Assembly (NCBI GenBank): GCA_002011615.1 | Contig: MTOH01000002.1 | Coordinates: 207,526 to 271,525, forward strand | Origin: Candidatus Hydrothermus pacificus | GTDB lineage: Bacteria > Hydrothermota > Hydrothermia > Hydrothermales > Hydrothermaceae | Direction: 5' to 3' | DNA length: 64,000 nucleotides | In this document: positions 9,389 to 19,254 of the stretch, one piece after another | Layout: every line of letters starts with the position of its first letter | Numbering within the stretch: the stretch's first letter is position 1 | The notes under the pieces: generated by a model | What the model saw: the letters and a program-made list of their open reading frames with translations, nothing else | Told to the model about the DNA's origin: nothing | Databases searched by the model: none | Made by a program: the position numbers and the translations under genes

Positions 9389-9441
9389 GTGTTTAATTAT
9401 AAGATAAAAAAAGGTATATTCTGAAATGAATGGTTTAAAAA

Positions 9442-11472
9442 TTATCTATTTTCAAGCATACCTAATTGCCACATCAGAAATATGTAGTGGTCAGTTATTG
9501 ATTTTACTGCTTTTTTTAAAGGTTTACCTGCTCCGTGTCCTGCTTTTGGTTCCACATAGAGCAGAACAGGGTTCTGTTCACCTGCAATTTTCTGCATTTT
9601 TGCAGCCATTTTCATAGCATGCATCGGATGAACCCTTCCATCAAACTCTGATGTTTTAAAAAATACCGCAGGATATTTTTTGTATTTATTAATATGATGA
9701 TAGGGTGAGTAAGCATATAAGTATTTAAAGTCATCCGGGTTATCAGGGTTACCGTATTCAGGAGTCCATATATGAGCAACACCGAATTTATGGTATCTGA
9801 GCATGTCAAGGAGTGGAACCGCACAGTAAACAGCCCTGAAAAGTTCGGGTCTCTGTGTCATAACAGCTCCTACAAGTAGTCCTCCATTACTTGCACCGCT
9901 TATTGCCAGCTTTTCCGGATTTGTATATCTTTTTTCTATTAAATACTCCGCCGCACTTATAAAGTCATCAAACACGTTTTGTTTTTTTTCTCTCATACCC
10001 TGTCTATGCCATTTTTCTCCGTATTCATCACCGCCCCTTATGCCCGCGGTTGCAAATACACCACCTCTTTTAAGGAAGGGAATAACACCCTCTATAAAGT
10101 AAGGGGAAATCCCGCCACCAAATCCTCCGTAGCCCGTGAGAATCGCAGGATTTTTACTGTTTAATTTTATATCTTTTCTGTAAAGTATGTACATTGGGAT
10201 TTTTGTTCCATCTTTTGAACTGTAAAAAACAAACTCCTGTTTGTATTTTTCAGGGTTAAAGCTCAGTTTCTGACTGAATAGCACAGAATCTTTTAATGTT
10301 TTTACATTGAACTTATATGTGGAATAAGGATAGAAAAAGGATGTAAATATATAAAAGAATTCAGGGTCATCGTATTCTTTACTCTGTATCCATATACTTC
10401 CCTTTACAGGAGTTTTAATCTCGTGTTCTATCTCTCCCTGTGTACTTGATATAAAAGCTCTGTAGTATGTGTCTTCCTTTATGGTGAATACCAGTTTACC
10501 ACCTGCAAAAGTAAAACTTTTCAAAACACCCTTTCCTTCTGGTATTACTATCTCTGCCTCTTTTAGAGAAGGTTTATCTATTCTTACTCGTATAATTTTA
10601 AAATTAGGAGCCTGATAATTGGTTCTTATATAGATATAATCTCTGTAAATTTCTGCCTGAAATATTGCATCAAATCCAACTGCAATTGGTATCCACTCTT
10701 CATCATCAATTTTTCTGAAATACAGGTCGTTTTTATCCCATCCTCTTGAAACATCCATAAAGATATACCTGTTGTCTCTGGAAGCATAGATACCCGGAAG
10801 CTCGGTTTCTTTTAGTTCCCTTCCATAAATGTAGGTATCGTTTTCCCATTTTTCACCTGTTTTATGGAGATAAACTCTCGGCAAAAATTTATCGCCCCCT
10901 TCATTTCTTGTGTAATAGAATCCGGAATTATCCGGTAACCAGACCACACTTGACCATTTTGTGTGTGGAATTGTATCAGAAAGAACTTTTTTAACTTTAA
11001 CATCAAGTATATAGAGAGTGCTGTTTTCGCTTCCTCCTTTTGATTTTCCAAAGGCAATAAAACTTCCATCAGGAGAAGGGAAAAACCAGTCCATTGCGAT
11101 TGTTCCATCTGTACTGAATTTATTGGGGTCTATGATGACTTCTGCCTTTCCAGGGTCAAATTTACCCTCACTCATATAAAGCACAGCGTGATTCTGTTCA
11201 GCTTTTCTTTTAAAGAAAAAATATTTCCCTTTATAAAAATGAGGTATACCCACCCATTCTTTTGAAAGTATTTCGGTGTATTCATCTTCAATATTCTTTC
11301 TCATGGGGAGACTGTCAAGAATACTTCTTGCAATCTTATTCTGCTTCTCCACCCATTCTTTAACTTCCTCGTTGTCAACATTTTCAAGCCACCGGTAGGG
11401 ATCTTCTATTATTCTGCCAAAAAGAGTGTCTTTCACAGGTTTTTCCTCTGTCTCGGGATAAATTATTTTCAT
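9442..11472 (-). CDS. Prolyl oligopeptidase (S9A family serine peptidase)
   Basis: N-terminal beta-propeller region and C-terminal hydrolase domain with GASNGGLL nucleophile motif. Start placed at the second ATG (11472), which has an AAAGGGG SD; the first ATG (11517) has none. Confidence 0.85.
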   Translation of the reverse strand: MKIIYPETEEKPVKDTLFGRIIEDPYRWLENVDNEEVKEWVEKQNKIARSILDSLPMRKNIEDEYTEILSKEWVGIPHFYKGKYFFFKRKAEQNHAVLYMSEGKFDPGKAEVIIDPNKFSTDGTIAMDWFFPSPDGSFIAFGKSKGGSENSTLYILDVKVKKVLSDTIPHTKWSSVVWLPDNSGFYYTRNEGGDKFLPRVYLHKTGEKWENDTYIYGRELKETELPGIYASRDNRYIFMDVSRGWDKNDLYFRKIDDEEWIPIAVGFDAIFQAEIYRDYIYIRTNYQAPNFKIIRVRIDKPSLKEAEIVIPEGKGVLKSFTFAGGKLVFTIKEDTYYRAFISSTQGEIEHEIKTPVKGSIWIQSKEYDDPEFFYIFTSFFYPYSTYKFNVKTLKDSVLFSQKLSFNPEKYKQEFVFYSSKDGTKIPMYILYRKDIKLNSKNPAILTGYGGFGGGISPYFIEGVIPFLKRGGVFATAGIRGGDEYGEKWHRQGMREKKQNVFDDFISAAEYLIEKRYTNPEKLAISGASNGGLLVGAVMTQRPELFRAVYCAVPLLDMLRYHKFGVAHIWTPEYGNPDNPDDFKYLYAYSPYHHINKYKKYPAVFFKTSEFDGRVHPMHAMKMAAKMQKIAGEQNPVLLYVEPKAGHGAGKPLKKAVKSITDHYIFLMWQLGMLENR

Positions 11473-11610
11473 TTCACTTAGCCCCTTTACAATTAAAAAT
11501 ACAATTAAAATTCTCATAATTTAAATTATAAGTATCTGATTTTTGAAAGTCAAATCGGATATATACAATAAAGTTGAACCCATAAAAACGTTTATAAAAT
11601 TTCAATTCAT

Positions 11611-11639
11611 TTGACAAAGAAATTATTTTTCAGTATAAT
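11611..11639 (+). promoter_or_regulatory. Sigma70-type promoter (TTGACA-N17-TATAAT) for the SPOR lipoprotein gene
   Basis: Perfect consensus -35 (11611-11616) and -10 (11634-11639) hexamers with 17-nt spacer, about 70 nt upstream of the ATG at 11709. Confidence 0.6.
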
Positions 11640-11708
11640 TAAAATGTGTTTTTAAAGATTTGATGTGTTGATAGGTTATTTTTGACTGAGAAAAAGGAGG
11701 TGTATTTT

Positions 11709-12230
11709 ATGAAAAAATATCCTGTAATAGTTGTGGGATTATTTATAATATGGGCTTGTGCGCCGAGACCTGCACAGGCACCTGCAGAAACCCCGGAAGA
11801 AGAGGTTGTAATAATAGGGGAGGAAACACCTGCACCTGAAACCACAGAGGAGACACCTGCCCCTGTAACAGAAGAAATTGAAGAGGCACCTGTTACAGAA
11901 GAGGGTGAACTCACCCTTGAAGAAGCCACACCTGCTCCTGAGACTCCCACCCCTTCAGAAGAGGTTACAACACCTTCTGGTCCTGTTTATGGATACAGAG
12001 TTCAGATACTTGCAGCTTCTATGAAAGAAAATGCTGATAAATTTGCTGCAGAGGCACAGGCCAGATTCCCTGACCAGAAGGTTTATGTTGAATTTATACC
12101 TCCATACTATAAGGTCAGAATAGGGGATTTTCTTACAAGAGAGGAAGCAGAATCTTTTAAGGCAAAGGTAAGAAGTCTGGGATATTTTGACGCTTTTATA
12201 GTTGAAAGTCAGGTAAATCCGCCCAGGTAA
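11709..12230 (+). CDS. SPOR-domain lipoprotein with Pro/Glu/Thr-rich linker
   Basis: Lipoprotein-type signal (VVGLFIIWAC), PAPE/TEE repeat linker, C-terminal SPOR-like domain. Start set at the ATG with AAGGAGG SD rather than ORF-track start 11682. Confidence 0.75.
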   Translation: MKKYPVIVVGLFIIWACAPRPAQAPAETPEEEVVIIGEETPAPETTEETPAPVTEEIEEAPVTEEGELTLEEATPAPETPTPSEEVTTPSGPVYGYRVQILAASMKENADKFAAEAQARFPDQKVYVEFIPPYYKVRIGDFLTREEAESFKAKVRSLGYFDAFIVESQVNPPR

Positions 12231-12239
12231 GCATAGTTT

Positions 12240-12824
12240 TTGAAAATTGTTCTTGCATCTAAAAATAAAGGTAAAAGGCGGGAATTTGAAAATTTTCTTA
12301 AGGCTCTAAATATTAAAGTCATTCCCTTTGAAAAAGATATAGAGGAGCGGGGTTTAACCTTTTTTGAAAATGCCTGTTTGAAGGCAAAGATCTCCTTTGA
12401 AGAGACTAAAATTCCAAGTGCAGGAGAAGATTCAGGATTGGTTGTGGACTGTCTTTATGGTATGCCAGGGGTTTTCTCAAACAGGTTTCACGAGAAGGGT
12501 AATGATAGGAAAAATAGAAAGAGACTTCTTGACATTCTAAAAGGTAGACCCTTTAATGAAAGAAAGGCAAGGTTTGTTTCCTGTATAGTCCTTTTTACAT
12601 CCTCTGATAAATACTTTGTGTTTAATGGAGAGGTTGAAGGCTTTATAGATTTTGAAGAAAAGGGAACACAGGGGTTTGGATATGACCCGATTTTTTTATA
12701 TCCCCAGCTCGGGAAAACTTTTGGTCAGCTGCCTCTTGAAATCAAAAACAGAATAAGCCACAGAGCAAAAGCATTAATGGAATTAAAAAAATTTCTTATT
12801 AAAAATGAAAGCAGTTTTTCTTGA
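12240..12824 (+). CDS. rdgB: Non-canonical purine NTP pyrophosphatase (RdgB/Ham1 family)
   Basis: 194 aa; MKIVLASKNKGKRREF N-terminus and FGYDPIF motif. TTG start. Confidence 0.85.
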   Translation: MKIVLASKNKGKRREFENFLKALNIKVIPFEKDIEERGLTFFENACLKAKISFEETKIPSAGEDSGLVVDCLYGMPGVFSNRFHEKGNDRKNRKRLLDILKGRPFNERKARFVSCIVLFTSSDKYFVFNGEVEGFIDFEEKGTQGFGYDPIFLYPQLGKTFGQLPLEIKNRISHRAKALMELKKFLIKNESSFS

Positions 12825-13320
12825 CAGGGATGGGACTATTATAAAGAATGTTCCCTATCTGAATAACCCTGATGAGATAGAGTTTTTAACGGGTGTGATT
12901 GAAGGTTTAAAAATCCTTGTTAATAATGGATTTAGTCTTTTTGTGGTTACAAATCAATCGGGTGTTTCAAGAGGTTTTATAAAAATTCAGAAACTTGAAG
13001 AAATTCATACCAAGATTAAAAATATTTTAAGAGAAAACGGGATTGATATCAAAGAGATAGTTTACTGTCCCCATCATCCAGATGACAACTGTAATTGCAG
13101 AAAACCAAAGACAGGGATGATAGATAATATTTTAAAAAAATACAAAATTGATTTAAGAAATTCATATCTCATAGGAGATAAAGATGAGGACATAATTCTT
13201 GCAAAGAATACAGGAATAAAAAGTATCTCTGTTTCAAATGAAATTAAAACCTCCCCTGATTTTAAAGCAAAAAATTTTAAAGAGGCTGTTTCATGGATAA
13301 TAAAAGATTCATCCTTTTAA
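12805..13320 (+). CDS. gmhB: HAD-IIIA phosphatase, GmhB-like (D,D-heptose 1,7-bisphosphate phosphatase family)
   Basis: 171 aa; FLDRDGT motif I, VVTNQSG motif II, GDK.D motif, CxHxxxxxCxC zinc site. Confidence 0.75.
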   Translation: MKAVFLDRDGTIIKNVPYLNNPDEIEFLTGVIEGLKILVNNGFSLFVVTNQSGVSRGFIKIQKLEEIHTKIKNILRENGIDIKEIVYCPHHPDDNCNCRKPKTGMIDNILKKYKIDLRNSYLIGDKDEDIILAKNTGIKSISVSNEIKTSPDFKAKNFKEAVSWIIKDSSF

Positions 13321-13922
13321 TATTTTTAATATTTCTGAATTTCAGGCTTGCAAGAGTTAAATATTCAGGTGGAGGGGACTGGTATAATGACCCTGAGATA
13401 TTACCAAATCTTGCAAAAGCGGTTTCAGAGCGCACAAACCTTAAAGTAGAGCCTGTTCAGGATATTGTTGAGCCGGGTGATAAAAAAATATTCAATTACC
13501 CCTTTTTATTTTTAACAGGTCATGGAAAGGTGGATTTCTCGCCTGCAGAAGTCCAGAATCTCAGAGAGTATTTAAAAAAAGGTGGATTTTTATACATAGA
13601 TGATGATTATGGAATGGATGAATACATAAGAAAGGAAATAAAAAAGATATTTCCTGAGAAAGAACTTAAAGGAGTTCCCTACGAACATCCGATTTATCAT
13701 ATATTATATGAGTTTAAAAAAGGACCTCCCAAGATTCACGAACACCATCCTGGTCCTCCTGAGGGACTGGGTATATTTCTTGAAGGAAGACTCGTTATCT
13801 TTTATACCTATAATTCAAACATTTCAGATGGCTGGACAGACGCATATAATGACCCTCCTGAAAAGCAGGAAGAAGCAATAAAGATGGGGGTCAACATTGT
13901 TCTTTATTCAGTGCTTTACTGA
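13293..13922 (+). CDS. Secreted/anchored conserved hypothetical protein (DUF4159-like)
   Basis: 209 aa; N-terminal hydrophobic segment, conserved-looking YSGGGDW and FLTGHG motifs. Family assignment is from memory and tentative. Confidence 0.45.
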   Translation: MDNKRFILLIFLIFLNFRLARVKYSGGGDWYNDPEILPNLAKAVSERTNLKVEPVQDIVEPGDKKIFNYPFLFLTGHGKVDFSPAEVQNLREYLKKGGFLYIDDDYGMDEYIRKEIKKIFPEKELKGVPYEHPIYHILYEFKKGPPKIHEHHPGPPEGLGIFLEGRLVIFYTYNSNISDGWTDAYNDPPEKQEEAIKMGVNIVLYSVLY

Positions 13923-13976
13923 GGGAACCCTTTTTAGTATTTTTGAGTCTAAATAATTAAAAAGGAGGTTTTAAAA

Positions 13977-14429
13977 ATGAACAAACTTATCAAAACTCTG
14001 ATAGTTATATTTATGGCAGGTTCATTAAGAACTCTACCTGCTCAGGACCCACTTTCTTTACCTTATCAGGCTTTTATAGGAGAAACAAGGCTTTCAAAGG
14101 AACTCGGACTCACCCAGGAACAGAGAGAAAAAATAAAAGACATTGTTTTTGATATGGAAAAACAGGCAGAGAATATAAGAAGTCAGGTCAGGATAAAGGA
14201 AATAGAACTTAGAGAACTTCTTCTGGAAGAAAACCCTGACCTTAAAAAGGTTGAAAATAAAATAAGAGAGATAGGCAATATCAGCATTGAATTGAGAATT
14301 TTAAAAATAAGAGAATTTTTTAAAGTTAAAGAAATCCTGACCGATGAACAGTGGGATAGATTAAAACAAATCCTTGAAAAAAGACCATTTATAAAAGAAA
14401 GACTCAAAAAGAGATTCCACAAAGATTAA
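13977..14429 (+). CDS. Periplasmic Spy/CpxP-like LTXXQ-motif protein
   Basis: 150 aa; signal peptide, two LTxxQ motifs (LTQEQREKI, LTDEQWDRL), helical K/E-rich composition. Stop overlaps the ECF sigma start (TAATG). Confidence 0.7.
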   Translation: MNKLIKTLIVIFMAGSLRTLPAQDPLSLPYQAFIGETRLSKELGLTQEQREKIKDIVFDMEKQAENIRSQVRIKEIELRELLLEENPDLKKVENKIREIGNISIELRILKIREFFKVKEILTDEQWDRLKQILEKRPFIKERLKKRFHKD

Positions 14430-14938
14430 TGGATGAGTCAAAGAGAAGGCAAAAACTGGAAGAGTTTATGAACCTTTATTCAAGAAAGATATTCAATCTC
14501 TTTTATTACTCACTCTTTGATAGGGAAGAGGCAAAGGATCTTGTTCAGGATGTGTTTTTTAAAGTCTACAAAGGTCTTCCTAAATTTAAAGAGGAGTCTT
14601 CCCCATATACATGGATTTATAAAATAGCAATAAATACTTTGAGGACCTATATGAGAAAGCAAAAGATTAGAAAAATTTTGTCCTTTGATAGGATACCCGA
14701 GGAAACTCATCCCGGATATGACCCACCCAAAAAAGTTCCTTCCCTTTTGTATGATGCATTAAAAAAAATCCCTTATGATTTTAAAGAAGTTATTCTTCTT
14801 TATTATTACGATGAATACGGGGTGAAGGAAATTTCTGAAATTCTGGGGATCCCTGAGGGAACAGTTAAATCAAGATTATCAAGAGGTAGAGGATTTATAA
14901 AAGCCTATCTTGAAAAAAGGGGGTTTTATGGAATGTGA
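14429..14938 (+). CDS. ECF-subfamily RNA polymerase sigma factor
   Basis: 169 aa; sigma-70 region 2 (DLVQDVFFKVYK) and region 4 HTH (EISEILGIPEGTVKSRLSRGR). Confidence 0.85.
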   Translation: MDESKRRQKLEEFMNLYSRKIFNLFYYSLFDREEAKDLVQDVFFKVYKGLPKFKEESSPYTWIYKIAINTLRTYMRKQKIRKILSFDRIPEETHPGYDPPKKVPSLLYDALKKIPYDFKEVILLYYYDEYGVKEISEILGIPEGTVKSRLSRGRGFIKAYLEKRGFYGM

Positions 14939-15542
14939 AAAATATAAGGATTCTTTATGGGATTATGCAGAGGGTAGAGCAGTTGACAGAAATATCTTAG
15001 AGCACATCCAGAAATGCGAAAAATGCAGAACAGAAATTGAAAAAATAAAAAAGACACTGGGAGTCCTTGACATTCTGAAAGACGATTTTCCAGAGCCAGT
15101 TCGGATGAAAGAAAATGTCTTTGCCAGAATAGAAAACAGAGAAAAGTTAAAGAAAAACATCAAGAAGGCTTCTTTTATTTTAAGTCCTGTATTTGTTACT
15201 GCTGTCCTGATTTTTGCTTTTATTTTTCTTTATAAAAGAGAAAGAATTCAGATTATTTATCCTGAACAGACCCAGATTTTGACCCCTGAGGAAGTTTATT
15301 TTGCCTTCAAGGTTCCTGAAAAAAGTATTTTTATAGCCATAATTGATACCCAGGACATAACCCCTGACCTTAAATTTGTTGAGAATATTGCCTTTTATGA
15401 TGCAAAAAACTTTGAAGCAGACCCGGGATTTCACAATCTGGTGATCAAACTGCTTAACAAAGATGGAGAGGTTGTAAAAGAGATTAAAAGAACCTTTTAC
15501 CTTACCGATTACAAAGTTGCAGAGCTGTCTTCAGGATGGTAA
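14928..15542 (+). CDS. Anti-sigma factor, zf-HC2 type with one transmembrane segment
   Basis: HX3CX2C motif (HIQKCEKC), single TM helix, extracytoplasmic C-terminal domain. Start set at the ATG with AAAAGGGGG SD (ORF-track TTG is at 14910). Confidence 0.7.
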   Translation: MECEKYKDSLWDYAEGRAVDRNILEHIQKCEKCRTEIEKIKKTLGVLDILKDDFPEPVRMKENVFARIENREKLKKNIKKASFILSPVFVTAVLIFAFIFLYKRERIQIIYPEQTQILTPEEVYFAFKVPEKSIFIAIIDTQDITPDLKFVENIAFYDAKNFEADPGFHNLVIKLLNKDGEVVKEIKRTFYLTDYKVAELSSGW

Positions 15543-15624
15543 AGAAAGGTTACAGGATGCAGCATATAAACGGTTGCCAGGAAAACATTTTATAAAATAA
15601 GTCCTGATTTAAAAACTGCTAAAA

Positions 15625-17145
15625 TTATTTCAATATTAAAGTTTTTATTTTTTTATTCAAGGGTTTTATGATAAAGTAGATTCCCTTTTTATGCATTCTA
15701 TTCTTTAAATCAGAGTAATTTCCAATAGTTCTTCCTGTAACATCATAAACTTTCCACTTATACCAGCCATTGTTCCCTGTATCCTTGTTTTGGTTATTTT
15801 CTTCCACTGCGACCTGATACACCCAGGAAAGGTCAAGTCTTCCCCAGCCGTAATTATTGTTGGGATAAGGCTGTCCCTGTGGAGGATGGTAGGCGTAATC
15901 AGTCAAAATTTGATAAACTTGGTAAAAATCAAGGTTTGGGTTTTTCTGGTAGAGTATTGCAATTGCACCTGTTAGATGTGATGTTGACATGCTCGTCCCT
16001 GACCATGTTTGATAGCCACCACCTGGCACAGAGGACCTTATAGAAACGCCGGGTGCGGAAATATCAGGTTTTGTTAAATTCCAGTCCGGTCTTGTCCAGT
16101 ATTGGGGGTCATTCCAGGGAGGTTGATTTGGTGCAGGACCTCTTGAAGAAAAATTAGCAATGTTATCATTTGCGTCGGTTGCTCCAGCTCCCGTAACAAT
16201 GGGAAAATTGCCCGGTGTCGCTGTTGTTCCGGGGCTGGGTCCACTGCTACCTATGGAAAAAACAGGGATTATCCTGAGATTTTTCAAGTTCATACAGTCA
16301 TCCCAGAACTCGAGAGAGGTTGTATTGGAGCTTCCCCATGAATTATTCACAGCTTTTATGTCAACACCCTGTCCTTTCCATTCAGCAATTTTTTGGAATC
16401 CTGCGTGTAACCATGAGACCTGAGCAGAACCGCTTTGGTTAAATACTTTACAGACTGTAAACTGTGCATCCGGTGCAACTCCTATATCTTCTGTAAAAGG
16501 ACCCAGTCCATCACCACCGAGTATTATTCCCATAACATGTGTTCCGTGTCCATGGTCATCATAAGGAACTGGTTGACCATTTACTGCATCATACCAGTGT
16601 CCTTCAAATTTCCCCTGCAATGCTGGATGTGAAGTGTCAACTCCTGTATCCATTTCACCTATTATTATACCTTCTCCTGTATATCCATATATCCAGCAGG
16701 AATCTGCCTTTATCCGGGAAATGTTCCATTCAGGTGTTCTTATCTCAAAAGAAATTTCAGGCTTTTCTATTTTAACAACAAAATCTTCAATTATATAATT
16801 AATCTCTTCACTTTTTGCAAGATTTTCTATAACTTCTTTTGTTGCCTTTAAATAAAAGCCATTGAATATCCAGTAGGGTTTTATTTCTTTTATCTGGTTT
16901 ATAAAATTTTCATAAAGATAATTTAAAATATTCCTCTGGGAATTCTCAGAGAAATTCTTTAAAAATTCAACATAATCTTCTGCAGAAAGGTTTTTAATAA
17001 GTTCATAATCCGGCTTTTCCTTTAAATGAACTAAAACTGCAATTTTTTCATCTGGTTTTGTATTTTTTAAAATTTCCTTTAAAGAAGGCGCTATTTTTGA
17101 TACATTAAAAATAATACACACAACCACTATAACATACATGCACAC
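15625..17145 (-). CDS. Subtilisin-like serine protease (S8) with propeptide and T9SS-type C-terminal sorting domain
   Basis: 506 aa; catalytic Asp (GEMDTGVD), His (HGHGTHVMG), Ser (GTSMSTSHLTG); N-terminal hydrophobic segment and propeptide-like region; C-terminal VYDVTGR...KGIYFIIKP resembles Por-secretion tail domains. Confidence 0.85.
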   Translation of the reverse strand: MCMYVIVVVCIIFNVSKIAPSLKEILKNTKPDEKIAVLVHLKEKPDYELIKNLSAEDYVEFLKNFSENSQRNILNYLYENFINQIKEIKPYWIFNGFYLKATKEVIENLAKSEEINYIIEDFVVKIEKPEISFEIRTPEWNISRIKADSCWIYGYTGEGIIIGEMDTGVDTSHPALQGKFEGHWYDAVNGQPVPYDDHGHGTHVMGIILGGDGLGPFTEDIGVAPDAQFTVCKVFNQSGSAQVSWLHAGFQKIAEWKGQGVDIKAVNNSWGSSNTTSLEFWDDCMNLKNLRIIPVFSIGSSGPSPGTTATPGNFPIVTGAGATDANDNIANFSSRGPAPNQPPWNDPQYWTRPDWNLTKPDISAPGVSIRSSVPGGGYQTWSGTSMSTSHLTGAIAILYQKNPNLDFYQVYQILTDYAYHPPQGQPYPNNNYGWGRLDLSWVYQVAVEENNQNKDTGNNGWYKWKVYDVTGRTIGNYSDLKNRMHKKGIYFIIKPLNKKIKTLILK

Positions 17146-17213
17146 CTCCTTTTAATTCATTGCTTTTATGTTTCCATTTTAAAGCATAATTAACATGGTT
17201 TTCAATTCGAATA

Positions 17214-17243
17214 TTGACCAAAATATTCTGAAATCTTTATACT
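17214..17243 (+). promoter_or_regulatory. Candidate sigma70-type promoter (TTGACC-N18-TATACT) upstream of queG
   Basis: -35 at 17214-17219, -10 at 17238-17243, about 115 nt upstream of the queG GTG start. Confidence 0.4.
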
Positions 17244-17360
17244 GAAAATATGAGTCCTTCGGCAATAACCTATCAGTCATCTTGATGAATTAGGAATTAA
17301 TGAAACCAGCAAGAATAGTTTTATTTTGAAAAGAGCTTTCCTATCTTTTAAAATAAATCA

Positions 17361-18335
17361 GTGAAATTCAGAGAGTTTAAAGATATTCTATATTCTTTCA
17401 CAGATATTTATCCGTTAAAAGAACACTATGATTTTTATGTTAAATGGCTTGAAAAAGGGTTTCACGGAAAAATGAAGTATATGGAAAGGCGAAAAAAAAG
17501 AAAAAGCCTTGAAAATCTTTTTCCAGAGGCAAAATCATGTTTATCTATCGGAATACCCTATTACAATGAATTTGAGTTCAAAGAATACAGAATCTCAAAG
17601 TATGCTTTTTTCATAGATTACCACTTAACGATTAAAGAAAAATTAAAAGAGTTCCTTAAAAAGTACAATATTCAGGGCAAAATATACATTGATACAGGAG
17701 CAATTCTTGAAAGGTCATTCGCACAGAAAACAGGAATTGGCTTTACAGGAAAAAACACCAATTTTATATTTTTTAAAAGAGGTTCTTATTTTTTTCTTGC
17801 AGAAATAATATTGCCCTTTGAACCAAGAGGTCTGAAGAATGAAGGGAATAAAAACTTTTGTGGCAAGTGTAGAAAATGTATTGATAAATGCCCTACAGGT
17901 GCAATTAGAGAAGACTTTACGCTCGACGCACGTAAATGTATTTCTTATTTAACGATTGAATATAAGGGTATTATACCAGAGGACTTAAGAGAAAAGATGG
18001 GAAACTGGATATTTGGATGCGATGTATGTCAGGAAGTATGCCCCTGGAACAAGAATCCTCAGAGATATGAACCTGAATTTCTGAAACCGAACTATGAAAT
18101 TTTTAATTTCTCTCTTGAGGATTTTCTAAAATTAAAAGAAAATGAATTTAAAAAAGTTTCAAAAAAAACACCCTTTGAAAGAACGGGTTATATTAATTTT
18201 ATTAGAAACTGTATAATATGTGCGGGAAATACAGACCCTGATAAATATAAAAAAATTTTAAAAGAATTTGAAAACTCAGAAAATAAGGTATTAAAGATTC
18301 ATTCAAAATGGGCATTAAAAAGAAGTTCTCGTTGA
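17361..18335 (+). CDS. queG: Epoxyqueuosine reductase QueG
   Basis: 324 aa; two 4Fe-4S ferredoxin-type motifs (CGKCRKCIDKCP, FGCDVCQEVCPWN) and conserved DARKCISYLTIE. GTG start; an in-frame TAA at 17349-17351 precludes a longer N-terminus. Confidence 0.85.
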   Translation: MKFREFKDILYSFTDIYPLKEHYDFYVKWLEKGFHGKMKYMERRKKRKSLENLFPEAKSCLSIGIPYYNEFEFKEYRISKYAFFIDYHLTIKEKLKEFLKKYNIQGKIYIDTGAILERSFAQKTGIGFTGKNTNFIFFKRGSYFFLAEIILPFEPRGLKNEGNKNFCGKCRKCIDKCPTGAIREDFTLDARKCISYLTIEYKGIIPEDLREKMGNWIFGCDVCQEVCPWNKNPQRYEPEFLKPNYEIFNFSLEDFLKLKENEFKKVSKKTPFERTGYINFIRNCIICAGNTDPDKYKKILKEFENSENKVLKIHSKWALKRSSR

Positions 18336-18497
18336 AATACTTAACTTTCAAAAATAGCAGAAAAGAACATACTCCTTTTTTATAAGAATTAAAGATTAAA
18401 ATGGAGAATATGTGTGGCTGGCTATCTCAACACTATGAGAATCTTATTTCACTTTTTTGAATTTTAAGTTTCTGTTGCAATAAACTAAATAAACTCA

Positions 18498-19241
18498 ATG
18501 AGCCCGAATAACGCAGATAGCATAATTGTTCTTTCAGGTCCTGAATTTGAAGATGTTGATTATAGTGAATTAATAAAGTTTATTAAGAATTATGGATTTT
18601 CAATTGAAAGAGAGGGGGATTTGCTTGCAAAGCTGGATGCAGATTTATTTGCAGAAAGAATGGCTAAGATAAGAATTCTGGAACCTGATAAAAAACATCT
18701 GAATGAAAACCCGTTTCCTGTTGAAGTTGATTATGAAAAACGTAATTTAAAATCAATACCACGAAAAAAAGGTATTATTTACTCTGGCAATCACTTTTTG
18801 AAAATTCTTCAAGAACAACTTGATGATATTTTTGACTTGAGAAAAAACTGGCCTGTGTATCTTTCAGACCAATTGCTGGCAACATTTGAAGCCAGGTGGC
18901 ATATAAGAGTGATGATTTTTGGATTTCCTGTTATTATTTCTGTGCCCGGGATTGTTTATGGACCTGCCAGGTCAAGGGAATATTATATTTCAGCGCAGAT
19001 GGGTATTCCAGAAGCAGATGAAGACTATATAAAAGAAAAGGATGAAAGAAAGACAGAGGTATTAAAGGGTTATCTCTTCCAGGCAATCTATTTCTACAAA
19101 TGTCTTCTTGAAGGGAAAGAATTTAGATTCTGTGAAGATAAAAATTGTTCTCTTTATAACTCGCACTGGCAGAGGGAGATTCTTGATGCACAGTTAAAGC
19201 ACAGTCTTTGCGAAAAACACTTAAAAGAAATTAAAATATAA
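18498..19241 (+). CDS. Conserved hypothetical protein with C-terminal CX4C...CXXH metal-site-like motif
   Basis: 247 aa; C-terminal FCEDKNCSLYNSHWQREILDAQLKHSLCEKH. Spacing resembles the archaemetzincin zinc site but there is no HEXXH. Sits between queG and thiE. Confidence 0.5.
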   Translation: MSPNNADSIIVLSGPEFEDVDYSELIKFIKNYGFSIEREGDLLAKLDADLFAERMAKIRILEPDKKHLNENPFPVEVDYEKRNLKSIPRKKGIIYSGNHFLKILQEQLDDIFDLRKNWPVYLSDQLLATFEARWHIRVMIFGFPVIISVPGIVYGPARSREYYISAQMGIPEADEDYIKEKDERKTEVLKGYLFQAIYFYKCLLEGKEFRFCEDKNCSLYNSHWQREILDAQLKHSLCEKHLKEIKI

Positions 19242-19254
19242 ATATTATAAATTT

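Noticed and set aside
11639-11950. Minus-strand ORF (103 aa, Ser/Gly/Val-rich) and apparent tandem DNA repeats at about 11760-11960
   Set aside because: The repeats are the coding sequence for the PAPE/TEE low-complexity linker of the SPOR lipoprotein on the plus strand; the minus-strand ORF is its antisense shadow, not a repeat element or separate gene.
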